From NCBI RefSeq assembly GCF_006345805.1, contig NC_042998.1, positions 42,222,001 to 42,286,000 on the forward strand: a stretch of DNA of 64,000 nucleotides, in the 5' to 3' direction. The DNA comes from Octopus sinensis. Taxonomy: Eukaryota. Of the stretch, positions 25,390 to 37,392 are shown piece by piece. Position 1 is the first letter of the stretch; each line of letters starts with the position of its first letter. The notes below the pieces were generated by a model. It ran no database searches. It was not told the origin of the DNA and was given only the letters and a program-made list of their open reading frames with translations. Made by a program: the position numbers and the translations under genes.

Positions 25390-26006
25390 GCCAGCCCACG
25401 TATGCATACCTTCCCTTCTTGGGACACAAAACTCTACTTATGAAGACCTGTTGAGGCAAGTGAGGATCAGAATCGAAATTGATCAATGGAAATTGCAGCT
25501 GAGTTACCAGTGCCGGTGGCACGTAAGAGAACCATCCGTTCGTGACCGTTGCTAGCGCCGCCCCAACTGGCCTCGTGCCGGTGGCACATAAAAAGCACCA
25601 TCCGTTCGTGTCCATTGCCAGCCTTGCCTGGCCCCCGTGCCGGTGGCACGTAAAAGCACCATCCGCTCGTGTCCGTTGCCAGCCTCGCCTGGCCCCCGTG
25701 CCGGTGGCACGTAAAAGCACCATCCGTTCATGTCCGTTGCCAGCCTCGCCTGGCCCCCGTGCCGGTGGCACATAAAAGCACCATCCGTTCATGGCCGTTT
25801 GCCAGCTCTGTCTGGCACCTGTGCGGGTGGCACGTAAAAAGTACCCACTACACTCACGGAGTGGTTGGTGTTAGGAAGGGCATCCAGCCGTAGAAACACT
25901 GCCAGATCTGACTGGGCCTGATGCAGCCTTCTGGCTTCCCAGACCCCAGTTGAACCGTCCAACCCATGCTAGCATGGAAAGCGGATGCTAAATGATGATG
26001 ATGATG
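25390..26006 (+). mobile_element. RTE 3'UTR copy with six hairpin-bearing ~61-bp modules
   Basis: Start resembles the post-stop sequence of the RTE copies at 32955 and 35540. Modules at 25510-25821. (GAT)n tail. Confidence 0.85.
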
Positions 26007-26747
26007 TAAAGGGATGAGAAAAAAAGCTAAAAAAAAAATGAAATAAGTGGAAAGAGAAGAGGAAAGAATTGAAAGAGAAAAAGTAAAAGAAGAAAAACGA
26101 GAGGAATAAAATACAAGTGAGGAAAAGAGAAGAAAGCGGGAGTAAAATTAACATAGATAAATAGGTGAGACAGGAGAGAATGGGAGAAGGTGCATAATCA
26201 GAGAAAAGACAAAAAAATAAATAGGTTAATAGTAAGATTGATATGATGTGAAGTATTTTTGAAAGATGCACAGATAAAAGATTGGTTTGAAATTTCAAGA
26301 CAATGAAAGGGAGAAGGGAAATTTGATTGCAATACTGAGAAAATGAAAGAAAGAGGGCGACTGTAGGGAGGGAATAAAATGAGAAAATGCATATGTATAA
26401 CGCTTGGAATAGAAATAAGCTTAATATGATTACCAATGAAAGAACAATAAATCTATATGGATAAAGTAGTATAAGATATCCAATTTCAGGATAATTAAAG
26501 GTGGGAAATACAAAGATTGATAGAGTAAAGCATTATATCTAAATATATAAGAAAATGAAACAAAACCAAACTGAATGGAATGGAATCCTTTCTACTATAG
26601 ACACAAAGCCTGAAATTTCTGTAGGGAATAGTTGATCACATTGACCATCTGGTATTTATTTTATTGACTTCCAAAAGGATGAAAGGGAAAAAAAAATTGA
26701 CCTTGGCAGTATTTGAACTCAGAACATAAGAAGCCAGAAAAAATACC

Positions 26748-26976
26748 TATTTCTTTACTACCCACAAGGGGCTAAACACAGAGAGGACAAACAAGGACAG
26801 ACAAATGGATTAAGTCGATTACATCGACCCCAGTGCATAACTGGTACTTAATTTATCGACCCCGAAAGGATGAAAGGCAAAGTCGACCTCGGCGGAATTT
26901 GAACTCAGAACGCAACGGCAGACGAAACAGGACTACGCATTTCGCCCGGCGTGCTAACGTTTCTGCCAGCTCGCCG
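26748..26976 (-). mobile_element. Young S2 SINE nested in an older S2 copy, 18-bp TSD
   Basis: GAAGCCAGAAAAAATACC at 26730-26747 and 27009-27026. Confidence 0.88.
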
Positions 26977-27319
26977 TTTTTTTTTTTTTTTTTTTTTTTT
27001 TTTTCTCTGAAGCCAGAAAAAATACCACAAAGTATCTTTTCCACTCTGCTACCAATTCTGCCAGCTTTCTGCCTTTGAATAGAATAGAATGAAACAACAT
27101 AATATTATTGCATAACATGCAGTGGTTTATCTTAGGAGTTCATTAGTGTAAATATGCATGTATATTTGAGGTTCACTTGAAACTATGAGGTGTTATTCAG
27201 GCACACAACTATGTGTCCACTTCATGTTATAGCAGAAACAGCTGTAAACAAATGAATTTCATAAGATAATTGTTTATTCCTCTGTCATCTCATTTTCTTA
27301 TGTGTGCATGTATATATAT

Positions 27320-27361
<42 letters not shown>

Positions 27362-27432
27362 TATATAAACATATATATATATATATATATATTACATATA
27401 TATATACATTATATATATATATACATATATAT

Positions 27433-27593
27433 AGGCACAGGAGTGGCTGTGTGGTAAGTAGCTTGCTTACCAACCACATGGTTCCGGGTTCATTCCCACT
27501 GCGTGACACCTTGGACAAGTGTCTTCTACTATAGCCTCGGGCCAACCAAAGCCTTGTGAGTGGATTTGGTAGACAGAAACTGAAAGAAGCTCG

Positions 27594-27641
<48 letters not shown>

Positions 27642-27844
27642 ATATGTTTGTGTGTCTGTGTTTGTTCCCTCAACATCACTTGACAACTGATGTTGGTGTG
27701 TTTACATCGGTTCAGCAAAAGAGACTGATAGAATAAGTACTAGGCTTACAAAGAATAAGTCCTAGGGTTGATTTGCTCGACTAAAGGTGGTGCTCCAGCA
27801 TGGCCGTAGTCAAATGACTGAAACAAGTAAAAGAGTAAAGAGTA

Positions 27845-27845
<1 letters not shown>
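27433..27845 (+). mobile_element. SINE family S1, full-length copy
   Basis: ggagtggctgtgtggtaag head, internal (TA)n, tail aaagagtaaagagta. Confidence 0.85.
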
Positions 27846-27888
<43 letters not shown>

Positions 27889-27992
27889 ATATATATTACT
27901 ATAAATATATGTATAATATATAATAATATAAATATATGTATATATATAATAATATAAATATATAATATATATATAATATAATATTTAATAAT

Positions 27993-28024
<32 letters not shown>

Positions 28025-28836
28025 CACCTTCTCCCTTTCTTTCCTGTCTCACCTATTTATCTATGTTAATTTTACTCCTGCTTTCTTCTCTTTTTCCCAC
28101 TTGTTTTTTTCTTCTTATATATTATTTATATTATTATTATATTATTATTTATATTATTATATATTATATTATTTATATTATTATATGATCGAATACCACA
28201 CATCCTTTTCCAAGTAAGTTTTATCTTAATAATTATGATGCACACTCTTCTATCTCTACTATCTCTCTCTCTCTCTTGTTCTTCATCCTTTCTGGTTTTC
28301 TCTCCCACCCTTCCCTATTCTTCTCCTCTCCTCTTCACCGTTCCCTCTCTCTCACTCCTCCTCAACTCTCTTGTCACTGACACGTGATGAAAGAGAATTT
28401 ATCTTTCTGCTCACTACCTTCCTAAAGGCAAAACGTGCTTATACTATCTCCTCTCATAAGCTGATCTTCGTAGCATTCATAATAATTTTTCTATCGTCTT
28501 GGCTTAACAGCCCTCACCATTTGCTTTTACTGTTTTGTTCTCACTGTCCTGTTCTTGTTACCACTTTCACCCCCTACAAAAAATACCAAATTTTATTTAA
28601 TTTGCTTTACGGGAAGGACTGTTTCAACGAAGTGCGTATTGTCCTTACCTTTGAAACGTGAAGTAGATGAAACAAGGACAACTGAAGAAGGGGAATATTC
28701 TTTATGTTGCATGTCTCATTTCTCTGTTTGTTTTTTTCGTTGTTCCCCAAGAAGTTTGTTTCTATGTTTTTGTTTTTACATTTTCATTTCTCATTGTGTT
28801 CAACATTTTTTGATGTCCTGTACCCATATATGCATG

Positions 28837-28890
<54 letters not shown>

Positions 28891-29148
28891 ATATATAGGT
28901 ATGTATATATATGTATGTATATATGCATATATTTATATATTATTTATATTATATATATATATATATATATATATGTCTTGCAAACAACTTGCACATGCAA
29001 GTGCTACCAGTTAAAAGCTCCGTATATCGGAAGCTAGCAAGTGTATGGGGTCACCAGGAGAGAATGCGCGCCGTTTCGGGGCCTACCTCTCGACGGCATC
29101 AATGCGCACCGACGGCATCAATGCGCACCTCACTGATATGATATAATG

Positions 29149-29480
29149 AAGGCACGTGGCTCAGTGGTTAGAGCGTCGAGCTTATGATCGTGAGGTTGTG
29201 AGCTCGAATCCTGGACTGGGCTGCGTGTTGTGTTCTTGAGCAAGACGCTTTATTTCACGTTGCTCCAGTTCACTCAGCTGTAGAAATGAGTTACGACGTC
29301 ACAGGTGCCAAGCTGTATCAGCCTTTGCCTTTCCCTTGGATAACACTGGTGATGTGGAGAAGGGAGGCCGGTATGCATGGGCGACTGCTGATCTTCCATA
29401 AAACAACCTTGCCCAGACTTGTGCCTCAGAGGGTAACTCTCTAGGTTCAAGCCCATGGTCAGTGTCTGACTGAAGGGGGT
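29149..29480 (+). mobile_element. tRNA-headed SINE family S3 (second copy at 63457-63785)
   Basis: A box tggctcagtgg and B-box-like gctcgaatcc. Body gttcttgagcaagacgctttatttcacgttgctccagttcactc. Confidence 0.75.
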
Positions 29481-30322
29481 CACAATATATATTATGATCT
29501 TCCAATACTGAAACATGTGTAATTCTTTCCAATGATAATTTTAACTTAAGCAAGAGATAATTAAATAAGTATATTTTATATCCTGCTATTGTACTTTATC
29601 CTCTTCTTGATGTGCATATAAATACCACAAGTTTTCCATCATTTGTTGACTAACAGATTAGTAGTGGGGGGTTATTGTTTTGTTTGAAAATAGTTCTGGG
29701 CTGGTGTCAGAAAAGGTATCTGGCCATAGAAATTTTGCCTCAATGAATTTTGTCTGACCCTTGCGAGCAAGGAAAAATTGATGTTGAAACAATGATGGTG
29801 GAAAATGATAATAATAATGATGATGATGACGATGATGATGATGACGATGATGAGGATGATATCAAAATATGTCTATACACACACGTATGTGTATACACAC
29901 ACATATAGATAGATAGTTATGTGTATATAGGTAGGTAGGTAGGTATGTATGTTTCTTTATTAGCCACATAGGGCTGCACACAGACGGGACAGATTACAAA
30001 GTAGAGCTTTTCTTTTTTGGGGAAAGAAAAAAAAATGTGGGGTAAGTTTTCGATCAAAAGGGATCGTAAAAGGGAAAGGAGAAGAAGGAAAAGAAACAAA
30101 AGAAAAAAAACGATCAATAGGGATCGTGTATCACAGTGTCATGATGTAAGGTGTAAAGGGGGAAGCAGATAAGGTTTATTCGTGGAAAGAAAAACCTACG
30201 GAAAAGACCACGATAACCTCGGTCAATATTGTTACATGTTACCACATTTGTTTGCAAGTAGGTAACCCTCTGTTTTAAATTTCCGGGTTCGTAGGATTAT
30301 GCTCAAGGTGGCTTCAGGCGGG

Positions 30323-30392
<70 letters not shown>

Positions 30393-30706
30393 TACTTGTA
30401 TAGTTATGGAATTTATTTGGAAACCTTATAGTCTTAAGCTCAATTCCCTCTTCACTAAACTTTGGGCATGCATCTTCTAGCACAGTCTCAAATAGAGCAA
30501 TACATTGTGAGGTGAATTTAGCAAATGGAGACCGTTTAGAAACATGTTATGCATATCTCTCTCTGCACGAAACCAATGGTTACCCCACAAATAAAATACA
30601 TGCATACACACACACACACACATACATACCTACCTACCTACATACATACATACATACATTTGTGTGTGTGTGAGTGTGTGTGTGTGTATTAATGTTTGCT
30701 TTTATG

Positions 30707-30872
30707 TCAGAGATTCACCAACACTACACCTAATTTTCTCCCCTCCATACACACGCAAGCATGTATCTGACTCTTACACTGTTCACTTCCCAGACATTTG
30801 TACATTACTGCATATGCTTTATACGCACTTTCTGACAAGTTGTGGTGCACCTGAGCACTGTATACAATAATT

Positions 30873-30900
<28 letters not shown>
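30707..30900 (+). mobile_element. CR1-clade LINE 3' end
   Basis: Near-identical to the reverse complement of 17345-17530. Ends in (ATT)n. Confidence 0.8.
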
Positions 30901-30915
<15 letters not shown>

Positions 30916-30976
30916 GATGATGGTTGTTGTTGTTGTTGTTGTTGTTGTGTTGTTGTTGTTGTTGTTGTTGTTGTTG

Positions 30977-31039
<63 letters not shown>

Positions 31040-31083
31040 GCTGCTGCTGCTGTGCTGCTGCTGCTGCTGCTATTATTATTATT
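30877..31083 (+). repeat. Compound trinucleotide cascade (ATT)-(ATG)-(GTT)-(GCT)-(ATT)
   Basis: Read directly from the sequence. Confidence 0.95.
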
Positions 31084-31237
31084 GAGTGAGAGAGCAGTTC
31101 ATGCCATCAAAGTGACACTGGGGTAAAATATACGAAGCCCAATATACCCATCATGACTACCCGTCTGATAAAGGTACACCAGGCACATGCATCACAACCA
31201 TATGTGCGCGACATTATTATTATTATTATTATTATTA

Positions 31238-31279
<42 letters not shown>

Positions 31280-31932
31280 AAAAGAATTTAACATTAAATT
31301 GAAGAATTACTACATTTCAGTGGAGTACACATATATTAACATTTACAAGGAAAAGGTTGACAGTGACTTTTAAGTTTTGGCCTGCTATATTATTTGTATA
31401 ATATGTATATTCATTGTTGTCATCATCATCATTTAACGTCCATGTTCCATGCTAGCAAGGGTGGGATGGTACCACAAGAGCCGGCCAGGCTGAAGTCTGC
31501 ACTGGCCTTCTGTGACTGTTTTGGCAGGATTTTTACTGCTGGATGCCCTTCCTAACACCAACCACTCAGCAGGGTAGACTTAGTGCTTTTTCTGTGGCAC
31601 AAGCACAGGCAAGGTCAGTTTTGGCAAAGTTTTTACAGCTGGATGCCCTTCTGAATACTAACCACTTTACAGTGTGGACTGGGTGCTTTTAAGTGGCACC
31701 TGCACTGACAGGGTCACCAAGTACTTGCAAGACAAAAACTTTTAAGAGGGGAGGCAGCATTGGAGGAGGTGATGATGAAAAGGTTATAGTGAGACAGATA
31801 TTGGTGAGTTGCTGAAGAGGAAGTACAAGGTTACCCGGCTGGAGAGAGACAGATCAGGGATGAAGATAGAAACAGGTGTGCTACCACATAGAAAATACAT
31901 GGTTACCCAGCCTGAGGGAAGTGTAGGAGAAG

Positions 31933-31996
<64 letters not shown>

Positions 31997-32411
31997 AACT
32001 GCAGGATGGAGATGGTGGCAAAATGCCAGCCATCCTCACAAGGAACGGGGATCAGAGTATAAACGAGATGGTTGTGTAAAGAGAGAGATATAGATAAGTG
32101 GCAAGTGCTAGGACATACCCTTGAGGTTCAAGTGGCAGGATATTGCGAAGGGAGTGCGATTAAAGAGTGTGAGTAAGTGGTGAAAGACCTGGGTATATAT
32201 GGAGTAGGCGAGACTACTGGATAGCAATGATACAGAGGAGCAAGGGTGTGAGAACAGGATTGGGGAGTGAGAGCTAGGCATGGTGAATGAAAGAGGAAAT
32301 GCAAGAAGAGAAGAGATGTAAATTGGTTTGTTAGGGTAGGTCGAGGGAAAAGTTTTCTATTGAAAGTTTTATATTATATTATATATATTCTACATGTATT
32401 TTATATCTATC

Positions 32412-32443
<32 letters not shown>

Positions 32444-32465
32444 ATTATTATATGTATTATATATA

Positions 32466-32505
<40 letters not shown>

Positions 32506-32527
32506 TTATATATATATAATATATATA

Positions 32528-32592
<65 letters not shown>

Positions 32593-33773
32593 GACATGCG
32601 TAAGCTCGTGAGGAATGAAGCCAGTATGCTCCGATGGATGTGTAATGTCAGTGTACATACTCGACAGAGCGTTAGCACCTTGAGAGAAATGTTGTACCTA
32701 AGAAGCATCAGTTGTGGTGTGCAAGAGAGACGATTGCGCTGGTATGGTCATGTGGCGAGAATGGATGAAGATAGGTGTGTGAGAAAGTGCCAATCCCTAG
32801 CAGTTGAGGGAACCCGTGGAAGAGGTAGACCCAGGAAAACCTGGGACGAGGTGGTGAAGCATGACCTTCGAACTTTAGGCCTCACTGAGGAAATGACCAG
32901 CGACCGAGACCTTTGGAAATATTCTGTACGCGAGAAGACCAGGCAGGACAAGTGAGCCCAGCCCACTTATGAATGCCTTTCCTCCCTTGGACACAAAGAC
33001 CTGTTGAGGCAAGCGAAGTCGATATAGAACCTCATCCGACGACAGACACCCATGCCAACCCCCCATGCTTGCGAAGACATGTTGGGGCAAGCGAAATCGA
33101 AATCGAAACCGAATTGAACCAGCCAGGATCCCTGGCCTGGTGGTACGTAAAAAGCACTATCCGACTCGTGGCCGTGACACGTAAAATACTCCAATGCGAC
33201 CGTACGACAGGCACCCATGCCAACCCCCTTTGCGTGTGAAGACATGTTGGGGCAAGCGAAATCGAAATCGAATTGAACCAGCCAGATCCCTGGTCTGGTG
33301 GTACGTAAAAAGCACTATCCGACTCGTGGCCGTGGCACGTAAAATACTCCAATGCGACCGTACGACAGGCACCCATGCCAACCCCCTTTGCTTGTGAAGA
33401 CATGTTGGGGCAAGCGAAATCGAAATCGAATCGAACCAGCCAGGATCCCTGGTCTGGTGGTACGTAAAAAGCACTATCCGACTCGTGGCCGATGCCAGCA
33501 CCGCCTCGACTGGCTTCCGTGCCGGTGGCACATAAAATACACTAATCTGACCGTGGCCGTTGCCAGCCCCGCCTGGCACCTGTGCAGGTGGCACGTAAAA
33601 AGCACCCACTACACTCACGGAGTGGTTAGCGTTAGGAAGGGCATCCAGCTGTAGAAACATTGCCAGATTAGACTGGAGCCTGGTGCAGCCTTCTGGCTTC
33701 CCAGAACCCCGGTCGAACCGTCCAACCCATGCTAGCATGCAGAACGGACGTTAAACGACGATGATGATGATGA
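32593..33773 (+). mobile_element. 5'-truncated RTE LINE (end of ORF plus expanded 3'UTR)
   Basis: DMRKLVRNEASMLRWMC...REKTRQDK*, three ~160-bp repeats, (GAT)n tail. Flanked by (TA)n. Confidence 0.92.
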
Positions 33774-33785
33774 TATATATAATAT

Positions 33786-33877
<92 letters not shown>

Positions 33878-33902
33878 ATATATAATATATATATATATAT
33901 AT

Positions 33903-34086
33903 CATCATCGTTTAACGTCCGTTCTCCATGCTAGCATGGGTTGGACAGTTCGACCGGGGATCTGGGAAGCCAGAAGGCTGCACCAGGCTCCAGTCTTATC
34001 TGGCAATGTTTCTACACTGGATGCCCTTCCTAACGCCAACCACTCCGTGAGTGTAGTGGGTGCTTTTTATGTGCCACCTGCACAAA
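33903..34086 (-). mobile_element. Inverted RTE 3' terminus fused head-to-head to the RTE at 34084
   Basis: Reverse complement of the terminal ~185 bp of the RTE 3'UTR, including the tail. Confidence 0.88.
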
Positions 34087-36330
34087 GGTAAAGGTGACGC
34101 CCTAGATACAAATAATTACAGAGGTATCAAGCTGTTGGATCAGGTAATGAAGGTTATGGAGAGGGTCATAGCCCAACTGATTAGGGAGAGAGTCAACTTG
34201 GATGAGATGCAGTTTGGTTTCGTGCCAGGGAAAAGCACCACTAATGCGATATTTCTGGTGAGACAGCTGCAGGAGAAATACCTAGCCAAAGATAAGCCCC
34301 TGTACCTGGCTTTCGTTGACATGGAGAAAGCCTTCGACAGGGTCCCCAGATCCCTTATCTGGTGGTCAGTGAGGAAACTAGGGATAGATGAATGGCTGGT
34401 GAGAGCTGTGCAAGCCATGTACAGGGATGCTGTAAGTAAGGTTAGGGTTGGCAACGTGTACACTGAAGAATTCAGGGTAGAGGTTGGGGTCCACCAGGGT
34501 TCAGTCCTCAGGCCCCTCTTATTTATCATAGTCCTCCGGGCAATTACGGAAGAATTCAAGACAGGATGCCCCTGGGAGCTCCTCTATGCTGACGACCTTG
34601 CTCTAATTGCTGAGTCACTATCAGAACTGGAGGAGAAGTTCCAGGTGTGGATGGAGGGATTAGAATCGATGGGCCTTAGAGTCAACCTAGCTAAAACCAA
34701 AGTCCTAATAAGTAGGAAGGTAGACAAACCACAAATGCCTTCAGGTAGATGGCCCTGCTCGATCTGTAGAAAAGGCGTAGGTAGAAACTCTATAAGATGT
34801 ACCCAGTGTAAGCTATGGACACATAAGAGGTGCAGCAATGTCAAAGGAAGGCTAACTGGGAAGATAGTTTTTGTATGTAGCAGATGCTCAGGAGCAATAA
34901 ACTCTGAAAATCTGCAGAAAACAATTTCTGTCACTTTCCAGGGGAAAAAACTAGAAGTAGTTGATAGCTTCCATTATCTAGGTGACCAAGTCAGTAGTGG
35001 GGTGGGTGTGCTGAAAGTGTAACTGCTAGAGTAAGAATAGCCTGGGCAAAGTTCAGGGAGCTCTTACCTCTGCTGGTGACTAAAGGCCTCTTGCTCAGAA
35101 TAAAAGGCAGACTGTGTGATGCATGTGTACGAACAGCCATGCTACATGGCAGTGAAACATGGGCTGTGACTGCTGAGGACATGCGTAAGCTCACGAGGAA
35201 TGAAGCCAGTATGCTCTGATGGATGTGTAATGTCAGTGTGCATACTCGACAGAGTGTTAGTACCTTGAGAGAAATGTTGGACCTAAGAAGCATCAGCTGC
35301 GGTGTGCAAGAGAGAAGATTGCGCTGGTATGGTCATGTGGCGAGAATGGATGAAGATAGGTGTGTGAAAAAGTGCCAATCCCTAGCAGTTGAGGGAACCC
35401 ATGGAAGAGGTAGACCCAGGAAAACCTGGGACGAGGTGGTGAAGCACAACCTTCGAACTTTAGGCCTCACCGAGGCAATGACTAGCGACCGAGACCTTTG
35501 GAAATATGCTGTGTATGAGAAGACCCGGCAGGACAAGTGAGTCCAGCCCACTTATGCAAGTCTTTCCTCCTTTGGACACACAAAGACCTGTTGAGGCAAG
35601 CGAAGTCGAAATCGAACCTCATCCAACGACAGGCACCCATGCCAACCTCCCATCATTGGACACTAAACTCTGCTTGCTAAAACCTGTTGGGGCAAGTGAA
35701 ATTGGAATCGAAATTGAACCAATCCTATGACTGGCACCCGGCAGTTGCCAGGACCGCTGGACTGACTCCTGTGCAGGTGGCAAGTGAAGAAACACCATTT
35801 CCACCCTGTGCTTGAGGAGATCCATTGAGTCAAGTACACCAACATAAAAATCAATGGAAACTGCAGTTGTGATCCCTGAGACGGTGGCACATAAAAGCAC
35901 CATCTGAACGTGGCTGATGCCAGTGCCGCCTAAACTGGCTTCCGTGCCGGTGGCATGTAAAAAGCACTATCCGAATCGTGGCCGATGCCAGTGCCGCCTT
36001 GACTGGCTTCAATGCCGGTGGCACATAAAAAACACCATCCGAATCGTGGCCGATGCCAGTGCCGCCTTGACTGGCTTCCGTGCCGGTGGCATGTAAAATG
36101 CACCAATCCGAACGTGGCCATTGCAAGCCTTGCCTGGCACCTGTGCAGGTGGCACATAAAAAGCACCCACTACACTCACGGAGTGGTTGGCGTTAGGAAG
36201 GGCATCCAGCTGTAGAAACACTGCCAGATCAGACTGGAGCCTGGTGCAGCCTTCTGGCTTCCCAGATCCCCGGTCGAACTGTCCAACCCATGCTAGCATA
36301 GAGAACGGACGTTAAACGATGATGATGATG
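34084..36330 (+). mobile_element. 5'-truncated RTE LINE (RT domain to tail), frameshift at about 35000 and stop at about 35217
   Basis: ORF 34060-35022 is highly similar to 4066-6273 (YADD, Zn finger). 3'UTR modules and tail are present. Confidence 0.94.
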
Positions 36331-36742
36331 AGATATATATATATAATATATATTTATATACTTATATTTATTTTGTAAAAATATTATAATATGTTATAAA
36401 ATATTATAATAATCCAGGTTTCTAATCCGAACGTGGCCATTGCAAGCCTTGCCTGGCACCTGTGCAGGTGGCACATAAAAAGCACCCACTACACTCACGG
36501 AGTGGTTGGCGTTAGGAAGGGCATCCAGCTGTAGAAACACTGCCAGATCAGACTGGAGCCTGGTGCAGCCTTCTGGCTTCCCAGATCCCCGGTCGAACTG
36601 TCCAACCCATGCTAGCATAGAGAACGGACGTTAAACGATGATGATGATGAGATATATATATATAATATATATTTATATACTTATATTTATTTTGTAAAAA
36701 TATTATAATATGTTATAAAATATTATAATAATCCAGGTTTCT
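36105..36742 (+). repeat. Apparently exact 319-bp tandem duplication (RTE 3' end plus AT-rich flank)
   Basis: aatccgaacgtggcc starts at 36105 and 36424. Both copies end in ccaggtttct. Confidence 0.92.
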
Positions 36743-37361
36743 CGGAGCACTAGGCCACTTGGTGTTGAATAGATATACTATTAAATTAGTATCTAATTCT
36801 CTCACCCTTATTAATTTATTATATGTATTATATATTTATATATATATAAATATATATAAATACATACACACTCACACTCAAACACATACGGACAGACACA
36901 CACACACACTCACACGCATACATGTGAGTGTGTGTATGTATATATATATATATATATGTCTAGATATTTTCTCCTGGCTTATATTCTGAGTCCAAATTCT
37001 GCTGAGTTTTACTTTGCCTTTCATCCATTTAGGTTGATAAAATAAGTACCAGTTGAGCACTCCCCTCAAAATTTCAGGTCTTGTGTTTATAGCAGAAAGC
37101 ATCCAATCCACACTGTAACATGGTTGGCATTTGGAAGGACATCCAGCTGTAAAAATCATGCCAGAACTAACCTCACCTATACAAGTGCCACGTAAAAAGC
37201 ACTGAATCCACTCTGTGAAGTGGTTGTTAGGTAGGGCATCCAGCTGTAAAATACCTACCAAAACGGATACAACAGCCCAGGGTAGTTTTTCTACATGGCC
37301 AACTCCTGTCAACCATGGAAGATGGATGTTAAACAATGATGATGATGGTGGTGATAATGAC

Positions 37362-37392
<31 letters not shown>

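Noticed and set aside
25615-25710. HDV-like ribozyme in the 61-bp module (GCC-AGCCUCGCCU-GGC resembles HDV P3/L3, followed by CGUGCC-GG)
   Set aside because: There is no complementary strand for P2 and no J4/2 catalytic C context.
25467-25893. CRISPR-like or protein-repeat array (MVLLRATGT... ORFs)
   Set aside because: The units are near-identical along their whole length with no unique spacers, there are no cas genes, and they lie in an RTE 3'UTR.
28648-28692. Type II hammerhead order (GAAACGT...CTGAAGA-AGGG)
   Set aside because: The triplet is GUG and stem I cannot pair.
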